Assembly: GCA_041303415.1 (NCBI GenBank)
Contig: JBFYPG010000021.1
Coordinates: 6,532-70,531 of the forward strand
DNA length: 64,000 nt
Direction: 5' to 3'
From: Bacteroidales bacterium
Lineage (GTDB): Bacteria > Bacteroidota > Bacteroidia > Bacteroidales > VadinHA17
Shown: piece after piece, positions 17,516-25,755 of the stretch
Layout: every line of letters begins with the position of its first letter
How positions within the stretch are numbered: the first letter of the stretch is position 1
The notes under the pieces: model-generated
The model's input: only the letters and a program-made list of their open reading frames with translations
Database searches by the model: none
What the model was told of the DNA's origin: nothing
Position numbers and translations under genes: made by a program

Positions 17516-18232
17516 ATGCGGAAATGTTATATCATATTGCTTATGCTGTTCTGCTCTGTCATCGCAGTTAACGGGCAGGTGCTGAAAGATGCAGGTTCCA
17601 GGATCCTGTTTCATGGTGCAATTTTTGACGCCGCCACTTTAAGGGCGCTTGCCGGATCACAGATAATAATCAACAGCAAGTCATACTCGGTCAGCGATGA
17701 GGAGGGCAGGTTTGCATTTTATGTATTGAGGGGCGACACGGTCTCCTTCACAAGGGTGGGATATAAATCTGCCCGGCTCACTATAAGCGATACTCTTTCA
17801 GGCAGGGAATTTGTTGCAGGCGTCTATATGCACACTGATACACTGGAAATAGAGGAAGTGGTCATAATACCAAGGTTTTCCAACCTGCGGTCAGAGATGT
17901 TCACATCCCGTCCCGAAGCAGACATAAAGATCGAAAATGCAAAATATAACCTTGAAGTATCATCCTACCAGGGAAGGTTGGGTACATCGCGGTTGGGCGA
18001 TCCGGCAATGAATTACGAGGTACTGAGGCAGCAGCACCGCAGCGACGCCTACTCGAAAGGGCAGATCCCGTCAGACAGGATCGTCGGGTTAAGCCCTTTT
18101 ATGATAATACCTGCTGCATATCTCCTTATGAACGGATTGCCTCAAAAACCCTCTCCCCTGAAACCGCAAATCACCGAACAGGAAGTGGAGCAGATCCACA
18201 GGAAATATATTGAAGCAATCAGGAAAAAATGA
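17516..18232 (+). CDS. Secreted protein with a carboxypeptidase-regulatory-like (CarboxypepD_reg) beta-sandwich domain
   Basis: Signal peptide MRKCYIILLMLFCSVIAVNGQ. The block G.IFDA......AGSQIIIN......SDEEGRFAF.V..GD.V.F..VGY matches the CarboxypepD_reg pattern. Confidence 0.55.
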   Translation: MRKCYIILLMLFCSVIAVNGQVLKDAGSRILFHGAIFDAATLRALAGSQIIINSKSYSVSDEEGRFAFYVLRGDTVSFTRVGYKSARLTISDTLSGREFVAGVYMHTDTLEIEEVVIIPRFSNLRSEMFTSRPEADIKIENAKYNLEVSSYQGRLGTSRLGDPAMNYEVLRQQHRSDAYSKGQIPSDRIVGLSPFMIIPAAYLLMNGLPQKPSPLKPQITEQEVEQIHRKYIEAIRKK

Positions 18233-18240
18233 TTCTTGTT

Positions 18241-18288
18241 TCGGATTTCGGATTGGGGATTTCGTCCCGATAGATCGGGACGCAATCC
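18241..18288. repeat. Oligomer repeat (TCGGATT x2, GGGGATT) fused to an 8-bp hairpin between convergent genes
   Basis: tcggatt-tcggatt-ggggatt is followed by the stem CGTCCCGA / TCGGGACG (18263-18282, loop TAGA). An outer pairing joins GGATTG (18250-55) with CAATCC (18283-88). Confidence 0.7.
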
Positions 18289-18301
18289 TCAATTCAATAA
18301 A

Positions 18302-19213
18302 TCATCCTTTATAGAATATGGCCTTGATTATCTGGCTGGCCATCTTCGGATTTTCCTTTAGCCGCCTTGTGCAGTAGCCAAACCATTTGACTCCGAACGG
18401 AACATAAATCCTCATGGTGTGGCCTTCAGCTACTATAGAGTCGCGGAGACCGGGAGTGACGCCGTATAGCATCTGGAATTCGTACAGATTCTTCGGGACA
18501 TTGTATTGTTTTAAAAGCTTATAGGCGCCTTCAACCAGCGGTTTGTCATGAGTGGCGATCCCGACGTGTATCTTGTTTTTGAACATGAATTCCAGATCTT
18601 CCAGGAAATGCTGGTTTACCTCTTCATATTTTTTATATGCAATTGCTTCAGGTTCTATGTAAATTCCCTTGCAGAGTCTGAAACTGAGAGGAGCGGCTTC
18701 GCTGTTAAGGTCAGCCAGTGATTTTATGTCATCGAGGGTCCTCCTTAGATAAGCCTGGACCACAAGCCCGACATTCGATGGGAATTCGGTTTTCAGCCGG
18801 CGGAAAAGTTCTATTTCAAGAGTCGTGCATGGTGAATCTTCCATATCGATCCTGATAAAACCATTGTATGAAGCTGCCTTTGCCACTATCTCCCTGATAT
18901 GCCTGTAGCATACTTCCTTATCTATCAGAAGACCAAAACTGGTGGGCTTGACGGAAAAATTCCCCATGATTCCGTTCCTGTACGAGACATCGATCACATC
19001 AAGGTATTCCTTCTTGTTGGCTTCAGCTTCACTGAGATCTTTTATAAATTCGCCAAGAACGTCAATTGTGACAAGGATGTTTTTGCCGTTGAGTTCTTTT
19101 GATACGCGCATTGCATCGTCTACTGACTCCCCCGAAACATAGGATTTGGAGAATATCCATACGAACTTTTTCGGAAAATAAGGCAATATTGCAGCAATGA
19201 ATTTGTTAAACAT
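18302..19213 (-). CDS. Proline dehydrogenase (monofunctional PutA-like)
   Basis: 303 aa TIM-barrel-type sequence. Blocks ILVTIDVLGE, IRIDMEDS, FRLCKGIY.EPE and YVPFG..W.GY..RRL.ENP are typical of ProDH. Confidence 0.75.
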   Translation of the reverse strand: MFNKFIAAILPYFPKKFVWIFSKSYVSGESVDDAMRVSKELNGKNILVTIDVLGEFIKDLSEAEANKKEYLDVIDVSYRNGIMGNFSVKPTSFGLLIDKEVCYRHIREIVAKAASYNGFIRIDMEDSPCTTLEIELFRRLKTEFPSNVGLVVQAYLRRTLDDIKSLADLNSEAAPLSFRLCKGIYIEPEAIAYKKYEEVNQHFLEDLEFMFKNKIHVGIATHDKPLVEGAYKLLKQYNVPKNLYEFQMLYGVTPGLRDSIVAEGHTMRIYVPFGVKWFGYCTRRLKENPKMASQIIKAIFYKG

Positions 19214-19398
19214 ATTGTGTTTTTTTGTCGGCTCTAAATTAATTACAAGATGCTAATTAACTTTATCTGAGTCTCTTTTTTAATGACCTTTGTCATTGAT
19301 AAGCAGTGCGGCAGCCTGAAAATTGCTTATTTTGAACAAATTTTTAACACTATGCAACCATTTATTTTTATGGTATGTCTTAAAAATGTCCTCAGCAT

Positions 19399-19962
19399 AT
19401 GATGAGTGACCCGCAAATAATAGAAGGTTGCGCCAGGAATGACAGGAAAGCGCAGCAGGAACTTTACAGCAGGTATTCCGGGTTTTTGCTGGGTGTATGC
19501 ATGAGGTACGCGACGGATAAGGCTGAGGCGGAAGATATTTTGCAGGATAGTTTTTTGAAGATTTTTTTCAATATAAAGGATTTTTCAGGAACAGGTTCTT
19601 TCATAGGATGGCTTAGGAAAATTGCGGTAAATACAGCAATAACACACTATCACAAACATCTTAAATTCAGGTATCATATTGAGATTGAGGATTTTGTGTC
19701 GATGGAAACAGGCACTTCCAGTTTTGAGGAAGACCTCTTTACATCTGATGAGCTGTATAGGGTGCTTAACTCTCTCCCTGCAGGCTACAGGATGGTTTTC
19801 AACCTGTATGCTGTGGAAGGATACAAGCACAAGGAAATAGCCGACATGCTTGGGATCGATACAAATACATCGAAATCGCAGTACAGCAGGGCGAAAGCTG
19901 TTATACGGGACAAGCTTGAGAAGCTTCGCAGACTGAAAGGCAACTACCCGGCCGCTGACTGA
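19399..19962 (+). CDS. ECF-type RNA polymerase sigma-70 factor
   Basis: 187 aa. Region 2 (ILQDSFLKIF...WLRKIAVNTAI) and region 4 (YRMVFNLYAVEGYKHKEIADMLGI..NTSKSQYSRAK). Confidence 0.85.
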   Translation: MMSDPQIIEGCARNDRKAQQELYSRYSGFLLGVCMRYATDKAEAEDILQDSFLKIFFNIKDFSGTGSFIGWLRKIAVNTAITHYHKHLKFRYHIEIEDFVSMETGTSSFEEDLFTSDELYRVLNSLPAGYRMVFNLYAVEGYKHKEIADMLGIDTNTSKSQYSRAKAVIRDKLEKLRRLKGNYPAAD

Positions 19963-19990
19963 AAATTTTGAATCTTGAATTATATTAATT

Positions 19991-21322
19991 GTGAAAGAGG
20001 AACAGGAAGATAAGGTATTAAGTGAGCTTTTCCGGCATAAACTGGAGAATGCGGAAGTGATCCCTTCACCCGGTCTCGGCAAAATGCTGATGCGCAGGGT
20101 TGCATGGAGGGAGTTCCTCCGTTTCAATCCGGCAAGGTTCAATGCCTGGTATGCAGGCAGTGCCGCCGTTGCAGGTGCAGCGCTTGTCCTTATACTCACG
20201 ACCAGCCCCGGAAAAGACAATGATCCGGAATCTTCCACAATTATAACCAGGCCCTCCGCCACTGAAGCATTAAATGAAGATGCCAGAGGAAATGACGCCG
20301 CTCCTGAAGCCGGTGAATCAGTAAATGTCAGAAGCAGCCAGAAAAATGCCGGAGCAGGCGCTGAAAAACCGGCGGCAAAAACAGAAGCAAATGAAGTCTC
20401 CGTCGATGGTCCGGAAAAGATCAACGGAGTTTTGCCTTCTGCCGAAGTGCCTCCGGTAACTGATGGAAAAATGCTGGCAGGCGATACACCCGGAAAGAAT
20501 AAACTTCAGATAACAGCAAGAAAGGCTGATAATATAATAAATGCATCCGTTACTGAAGGGTGCGCTCCCCTTAAAGTGCTTTTCACGACCAGATCGCTGT
20601 TGTTCGATTCATGTCGATGGTCATTCGGCGACGGAGGTTATTCCTTTGAAAAGAATCCTGAATGGATATTTGACGTTGAGGGAGAATATGAAGTGATACT
20701 GCGCGGGTACGGAGAAGACGCGAGGCAATCATTTTCATCAGTTATGATTAAGGTTCATCCCAACCCCGTGGCCCGTTTTGAAATAGAACCGGAGAACGCA
20801 GTGATACCCGGTGACGAAATCACCTTCCTCAATTATTCAACAGATGCTTCGGAATACAGATGGGATTTCGGCGATGGCAATTCATCTGATCAGTTTGAAC
20901 CAAAATACTCTTACAGCCGCTATGGAAATTATACCGTAAGGCTGATAGCATATTCGGTATTTGGCTGCCCGGATTCACTTGTGGTTCAGAATGCATTCGG
21001 ATCGGGTTATTATGTCAGGTTCCCCAATGCATTCATACCGAATCCCAACGGACCCTCAGGCGGATTTTATACGAACAGGAGCGATGAAGACGTCTATGTA
21101 TTCCACCCTGCTCATTCAGGAGTGTCTGATTATCAGCTCAGGATCTTCAGCAGGCGCGGCATGCTGGTCTTTGAAAGCAGCGATGTCAATACGGGTTGGG
21201 ATGGTTATTATAAGGGACAGTCCGTTGAGCCTGGAGTTTATGTCTGGAAAGTACGGGGAAATTATATAAATGGCGAACCTTTTACCCTGATGGGTGACGT
21301 TACACTTTTGAAAGGTCGATAA
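19991..21322 (+). CDS. Anti-sigma-like N-terminus + single TM + Ala/Pro-rich linker + two PKD domains + T9SS type-B (CHU_C/gliding-associated) C-terminal sorting domain
   Basis: GTG start 29 nt after the sigma gene. TM segment AWYAGSAAVAGAALVLILT. PKD signatures CAPLKVLFT..WSFGDGG and YRWDFGDGNSS. C-terminal block FPNAFIPNPNG...DYQLRIFSRRGMLVFES...GWDG...GVYVWKV. Confidence 0.65.
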   Translation: MKEEQEDKVLSELFRHKLENAEVIPSPGLGKMLMRRVAWREFLRFNPARFNAWYAGSAAVAGAALVLILTTSPGKDNDPESSTIITRPSATEALNEDARGNDAAPEAGESVNVRSSQKNAGAGAEKPAAKTEANEVSVDGPEKINGVLPSAEVPPVTDGKMLAGDTPGKNKLQITARKADNIINASVTEGCAPLKVLFTTRSLLFDSCRWSFGDGGYSFEKNPEWIFDVEGEYEVILRGYGEDARQSFSSVMIKVHPNPVARFEIEPENAVIPGDEITFLNYSTDASEYRWDFGDGNSSDQFEPKYSYSRYGNYTVRLIAYSVFGCPDSLVVQNAFGSGYYVRFPNAFIPNPNGPSGGFYTNRSDEDVYVFHPAHSGVSDYQLRIFSRRGMLVFESSDVNTGWDGYYKGQSVEPGVYVWKVRGNYINGEPFTLMGDVTLLKGR

Positions 21323-21326
21323 CATC

Positions 21327-21346
21327 ATTCAGGAAGTCGCCTGAAT
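21327..21346 (+). terminator. Weak stem-loop just after the PKD/CTD gene
   Basis: ATTCAGG-aagtcg-CCTGAAT, starting 5 nt after the stop. Only a short interrupted T tract follows (gggcTTTTgc). Confidence 0.3.
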
Positions 21347-21514
21347 AAGGGCTTTTGCATTCATCACACAAAACCCGACGTTCATCTATTCTAAACCTCC
21401 ATTCATTGAAAAAATTGATGAAACATATCACTTTTAGCCGAATTTTACGTTTAAATGAATGAATTGTGACGGGATTTCACTACTTTCGTCTACACAAATC
21501 TAACAGGATCGACC

Positions 21515-22507
21515 TTGCTGAGGAGGATTATATACATATCCGTGCTGACTTTTATCCTGTGTACAAATGGTTTTAGTCAGGATCCGACATTCTCTCAATT
21601 CTATGCTAATCAGCTTTATCTGTCTCCCTCATTTGCAGGAGCCACTGAGGAGTACCGACTCAGCATGAACTACAGGAACCAATGGCCTGCTATACCCGGA
21701 GTCTTCCATACCTACAGCGTTTCGTTCGATAAGGCGCTGATCAATTTCAATTCAGGTATTGGCGTGCTTGCAACATACGACGTTGCAGGTTCAGGCGAAC
21801 TGAGCACTACAAATATCGGATTGCTTTATTCATATGATTTCAACATCAACAGGGAATGGCATGTAAGGCCAGGGGTAAATTTTAAATTTTATTACCTCGG
21901 CCTTGATCTTGCCAAGCTTTTATGGAGCAGCAGCATTAACGGGGGAAGTACACCGACTCCATCAATTCACCCGCCGGCATTCGATAAAGTTGCAGATGTT
22001 GATTTTGCAACATCTGCCCTTGTTTATAACGACAGAATATGGGCCGGTTTAACCCTTGACCATCTGCTTGTTCCTAAAACCTCATTCTACGGTGAGGATG
22101 CAAAGGTGCCGATTAAGTTCAATCTTTACGGTGGAGTGCAGATCATCAAGAAAACAAGGCTTAGGACAAAGCTCAGGGAGGTATTGTCAGTAGCAATGAA
22201 TTTCCAGACCCAGGCAAAATTCTTCCAGACAGATATCGGATTATATTATTATAAAGACCCGCTGATCTTTGGTCTCTGGTACAGGGGTATCCCGCTGGTG
22301 ACATCACAGGCAGGTGATGCCATAATCGGCCTCGTTGGCATAAAAACCAGCCAGCTTCATATTGGATACAGCTACGATTTCACCATTTCCAACCTCATAA
22401 GCTCATCTGCCGGAGCCCATGAAGTGTCGCTGGTATATGAGTTCACGTCGTTTACGATCGGCTCCCAGAAAAAAAGGATCAGAGCTATTCCTTGTCCGGA
22501 ATTTTAA
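21515..22507 (+). CDS. PorP/SprF-family type IX secretion system outer-membrane protein
   Basis: TTG start and a signal peptide. The hallmark N-terminal DPTFSQFYANQLYLSPSFAG and the block YRNQWP are present. ~330 aa beta-barrel. Confidence 0.8.
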   Translation: MLRRIIYISVLTFILCTNGFSQDPTFSQFYANQLYLSPSFAGATEEYRLSMNYRNQWPAIPGVFHTYSVSFDKALINFNSGIGVLATYDVAGSGELSTTNIGLLYSYDFNINREWHVRPGVNFKFYYLGLDLAKLLWSSSINGGSTPTPSIHPPAFDKVADVDFATSALVYNDRIWAGLTLDHLLVPKTSFYGEDAKVPIKFNLYGGVQIIKKTRLRTKLREVLSVAMNFQTQAKFFQTDIGLYYYKDPLIFGLWYRGIPLVTSQAGDAIIGLVGIKTSQLHIGYSYDFTISNLISSSAGAHEVSLVYEFTSFTIGSQKKRIRAIPCPEF

Positions 22508-22556
22508 TTCTTTTATCTTTGCGCCTTACTATTGTTAAACAAATATTGATCTCAAG

Positions 22557-23159
22557 ATGAAGAATCTTTCAGTTATACTGTTCTCAGTTTTGTTCGTGGC
22601 ACTGGGTGCTCTCTATTTTCTCCATTTTTCAGGAGGTTCAAAAGCTAAAAAAGCCAAAACGCCCGGAGAACAATCCGTATCTGTCTCATCAGGTATAGCT
22701 TATGTAAATGTTGATAGTCTGATTTTTAAATTCGATATGTTCTTCGACAGAAGGGATGAACTGATGGGCAAGCAGCAGAAAGCTGAAAGTGAGCTGAATT
22801 CAAAAGCCGGACAGTATGAGAAGAACGCAAGGGATTTCCAGGAAAAAGTGACAAAAGGCCTTGTTACAAGAGCCACTGCAGCTGAGATGGAACAGTCGCT
22901 CCTCCAGCAGCAGCAGGAACTGGTCAATCTGCGCGACAACCTCCAGGCTAACCTCATGGAGGAAGAGCAGGTGATGAACAGGCAGATCCTTGAATATATT
23001 ACCTCTTTCCTCGAGGAGCACAAATCTGAATACAACTATCAGTACATACTTGGTAAAAGCTTCGGCGGACAGGTGCTTTACGGAGATTCCACGCTTGACA
23101 TAACCGCTAAAGTACTTGAAGCATTGAATTCACAGTATCAGGCAGAGAACAAAAAATAG
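22557..23159 (+). CDS. OmpH/Skp-like protein (third copy in the window)
   Basis: N-terminal hydrophobic anchor, then a Q/E/K-rich coiled-coil. The block IAYVNVDSL resembles the start of the mature OmpH domain. Confidence 0.6.
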   Translation: MKNLSVILFSVLFVALGALYFLHFSGGSKAKKAKTPGEQSVSVSSGIAYVNVDSLIFKFDMFFDRRDELMGKQQKAESELNSKAGQYEKNARDFQEKVTKGLVTRATAAEMEQSLLQQQQELVNLRDNLQANLMEEEQVMNRQILEYITSFLEEHKSEYNYQYILGKSFGGQVLYGDSTLDITAKVLEALNSQYQAENKK

Positions 23160-23160
23160 T

Positions 23161-24423
23161 ATGGGTTTCGCCGCTGACTGGCTTAACCGGAGGGCTCTGT
23201 TCCCAGAGTTTATAAAAGAACCGCCTGATGATCAGACAGGCATAATGGTCGTTATACCTGCTTTCGACGAGCCGTCAGTTTCTCCGCTCCTGGATTCCGT
23301 TAATTCATGCTCGGTGCCGGATTGCAAGGCAGAGGTCATCATCGTTATCAATGCTCCTGAAAATGCTTCAGTTGATAGCCTCAGAAACAATACTCAGTGT
23401 TTTAAAAGCATCTTAGACTGGAAAAAGACCAACAATAGCTTTTTCCGGCTTTATGTCTTTGATGCCGGTCAGGCTCCGGTGAAGAAGTGGGGTGTTGGTC
23501 TTGCCAGAAAAACAGGAATGGATGAGGCCCTCCGCAGGTTCAGTTTCATAGACAGGCCTGATGGCGTAATCGTATGCCTTGATGCAGACTGCAGGGTTGA
23601 GAAGAATTATTTCACTGCGATATCCGGAGAGCTTCTCTTGAAGAAGAGAAGAAAAGCCTGCTCAATATACTTTGAGCATCCGCTCTCGGGTATTGAATTC
23701 CCCGAAAGAATATACCGCTATATCATTCAGTATGAACTGCATCTGAGATATTTTGTCCAGGGGCTCAGGTATGCCGGATATCCGAATGCCTTTCATACCG
23801 TAGGATCAGCAATGGCTGTAAAGGCTGATCAGTATATGAAAGCGGGCGGCATGAACAGGAAACAGGCGGGTGAGGACTTTTATTTCTTTCAGAAGCTGAT
23901 ACCGCTCGGGGGTTGTTTTTCACTTACGTCCACTACGGTTTACCCATCTCCGCGCGAGTCATACAGGGTGCCTTTCGGCACAGGAGTTATGATTGCGAAG
24001 CTTCTCGGCGAAAACAGCAACCGGCTCCTTACATATAATATATCAGCATTCTCTGAGCTTAAGGAGCTGTTTATAATAGGCCCGGAACTTTATAATATGG
24101 GAAAAGGAGTCTCCGCGGATCATCATGACGATCTGCCTTCAGGTATAAGATCATTTGTCGACAGGCAAGAGTGGTCAGAAAAAATCGCGGAGATCCGGAG
24201 GAACACTTCCTCTGCTGATGCGTTTCTGAAAAGGTTTTTCAACTGGTTCAACACTTTCAGAATTGTAAAGTATATGAATCATGTTCATAACGGAATCTAT
24301 GAAAAGCAGGCAGTTTCAAAGTCTGCCTGCGACCTTCTGAACGCAATGGCCCCCGGATATCATTCAGGGAGTGCAGAAGAGTTGCTGATTATCTTCAGGG
24401 AACTTGACAGGCAGTCAGGCTGA
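23161..24423 (+). CDS. Family-2 glycosyltransferase
   Basis: Blocks VVIPAFDEP, VIIVINAP and VCLDADC (DxD-type), followed by a QAGEDFYFFQK block. The start lies 1 nt after the upstream stop. Confidence 0.7.
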   Translation: MGFAADWLNRRALFPEFIKEPPDDQTGIMVVIPAFDEPSVSPLLDSVNSCSVPDCKAEVIIVINAPENASVDSLRNNTQCFKSILDWKKTNNSFFRLYVFDAGQAPVKKWGVGLARKTGMDEALRRFSFIDRPDGVIVCLDADCRVEKNYFTAISGELLLKKRRKACSIYFEHPLSGIEFPERIYRYIIQYELHLRYFVQGLRYAGYPNAFHTVGSAMAVKADQYMKAGGMNRKQAGEDFYFFQKLIPLGGCFSLTSTTVYPSPRESYRVPFGTGVMIAKLLGENSNRLLTYNISAFSELKELFIIGPELYNMGKGVSADHHDDLPSGIRSFVDRQEWSEKIAEIRRNTSSADAFLKRFFNWFNTFRIVKYMNHVHNGIYEKQAVSKSACDLLNAMAPGYHSGSAEELLIIFRELDRQSG

Positions 24424-24426
24424 GAT

Positions 24427-24765
24427 TCAATTGTTTTTGCGGGCGATCTCCCGGTCTTCCCTGGGACTGAGAATTATGTAAAGGTCCTCGTCAGGCTTTT
24501 TCATCCGGTACTGTTCCCGCGCAAATTTCTCAAGGTTGTCATTATCGGTTTTCAGCTCAAGGAGCTTTCTCCTGTCTGCCTCGATCTTTTCAAGATAATA
24601 CTCCCTGTCCTTCCTGAGCCTGTTCATCTCCCTGATCTCCTTATACCTTGATAAGAGATTGTTTGAATCAAGGAGAAGCAGCCAGATCAGGAATATAAGT
24701 ATGGTCAGGATGTATTTGTTCCTGAAAGCCGCAGGAATCTTATCAATGAATTTAAACCTTATCAT
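24427..24765 (-). CDS. Septum formation initiator (FtsB/DivIC-like) protein
   Basis: 112 aa, with one TM helix (YILTILIFLIWLLLL) followed by a coiled-coil (EIREMNRLRKDREYYLEKIE). Confidence 0.6.
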   Translation of the reverse strand: MIRFKFIDKIPAAFRNKYILTILIFLIWLLLLDSNNLLSRYKEIREMNRLRKDREYYLEKIEADRRKLLELKTDNDNLEKFAREQYRMKKPDEDLYIILSPREDREIARKNN

Positions 24766-24791
24766 TCCTGTGCAAAGCTACAACTATTTTT

Positions 24792-24995
24792 TCATCCGCC
24801 GCTCATCAGGTAAAGCATCTGAACGTTGTCACCGTCACGGATCACAGATGTTTCATACTTGTCTTTAGGTATGAGCGCGCCATTTATCTTTATAACTCTC
24901 ATCCTGAAGGAGAATTTTTTCAGTTCGATCATCCGGGCCACGCTCAGCGGATCCTCCTCAAATATTTCTTCACGGCTATTGAGCAATATCTTCAT
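24792..24995 (-). CDS. ThiS/MoaD-family beta-grasp sulfur-carrier protein
   Basis: 67 aa ending in ...LMSGG (C-terminal Gly-Gly). The block INGALIP......IRDGD.V is present. ATGA overlap with the upstream E1-like gene. Confidence 0.7.
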   Translation of the reverse strand: MKILLNSREEIFEEDPLSVARMIELKKFSFRMRVIKINGALIPKDKYETSVIRDGDNVQMLYLMSGG

Positions 24996-25594
24996 GATTG
25001 GCCCGCCTGTTTTTTCATCAGTAAAATTTCGATAACAAGGTTGGCCTGCATGTTCGCCACGATGCTTACCCTGGGCGCCATCGGGGGGTGATCGTCATCT
25101 GCCGTTGTCGATTCATCACCGCAAACATAAAGTGTATCATCTATTTTGCGCGACCTTATCGCTTCATTCTTTCCATATCCTGCCAGGCCTGATCCTGTAA
25201 CAACGGGAATACCCGGCATCCTCATCTGGATAGTCTCGATGAGCATTTGTTTCATATCGCTGCTGTCGAATGCCTCGACTATAATATCACAGCCCGCAAA
25301 GATCTCCGGAATGTTTTTCTCATCCAGCTTCAGGGTATGGGCAATCACATTCACTGCCCGGTTGATACGCTGAATATTTGCTTTAAGCGCATCTGTTTTA
25401 TACATCCCCGCCTGATCAGCAAAGTAATATTGCCTGTTAAGGTTGGCAGGTTCAATTTTGTCAAAATCAGCGATAACCAGGGTTCCGACCCCGCTTCTGG
25501 CCAGCGAAACCGCGCAGTTTGATCCAAGACCTCCTGCACCTGCTATTCCTGCGCGGAAGCTCCTGAGACGCGATTCAATTTCAGAAAATCTCAT
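24992..25594 (-). CDS. ThiF/MoeB-type (E1-like) sulfur-carrier adenylyltransferase, short form
   Basis: 200 aa. Rossmann motif IAGAGGLGSNCAVSLARSGVG.L.IADFD.IE.ANLNRQYYF. Confidence 0.7.
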   Translation of the reverse strand: MRFSEIESRLRSFRAGIAGAGGLGSNCAVSLARSGVGTLVIADFDKIEPANLNRQYYFADQAGMYKTDALKANIQRINRAVNVIAHTLKLDEKNIPEIFAGCDIIVEAFDSSDMKQMLIETIQMRMPGIPVVTGSGLAGYGKNEAIRSRKIDDTLYVCGDESTTADDDHPPMAPRVSIVANMQANLVIEILLMKKQAGQS

Positions 25595-25755
25595 CGAGGC
25601 TGTACTTTTAAAACACTAATGCAAATATACAATATAAATTTTCGGCAGGGACTTAAGGCGGAAACGGATAACTACCTGATTAATATCATACTGAACCTCC
25701 GCGGATTTTATTAACTTTAACAGTTTATACCCATCTCATAAACAATTTTGATAAT

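Noticed and set aside
19585-20424. A 279-aa minus-strand ORF spanning the ECF sigma / anti-sigma junction.
   Set aside because: It lies entirely antisense to two well-supported genes. Its sequence is low-complexity and Ala/Ser/Pro-rich, the mirror image of the Ala/Pro-rich linker on the + strand. It has no recognisable motif.
25595-25755. A TPP riboswitch upstream of the thiF/thiS-like pair (minus strand).
   Set aside because: I found no CUGAGA box or the ACCUGAUCUGGAUAAUGCCAGCG-type pyrimidine-sensor helix on either strand. Only scattered ACCUGAU and GGAUAAC fragments occur, in the wrong order.
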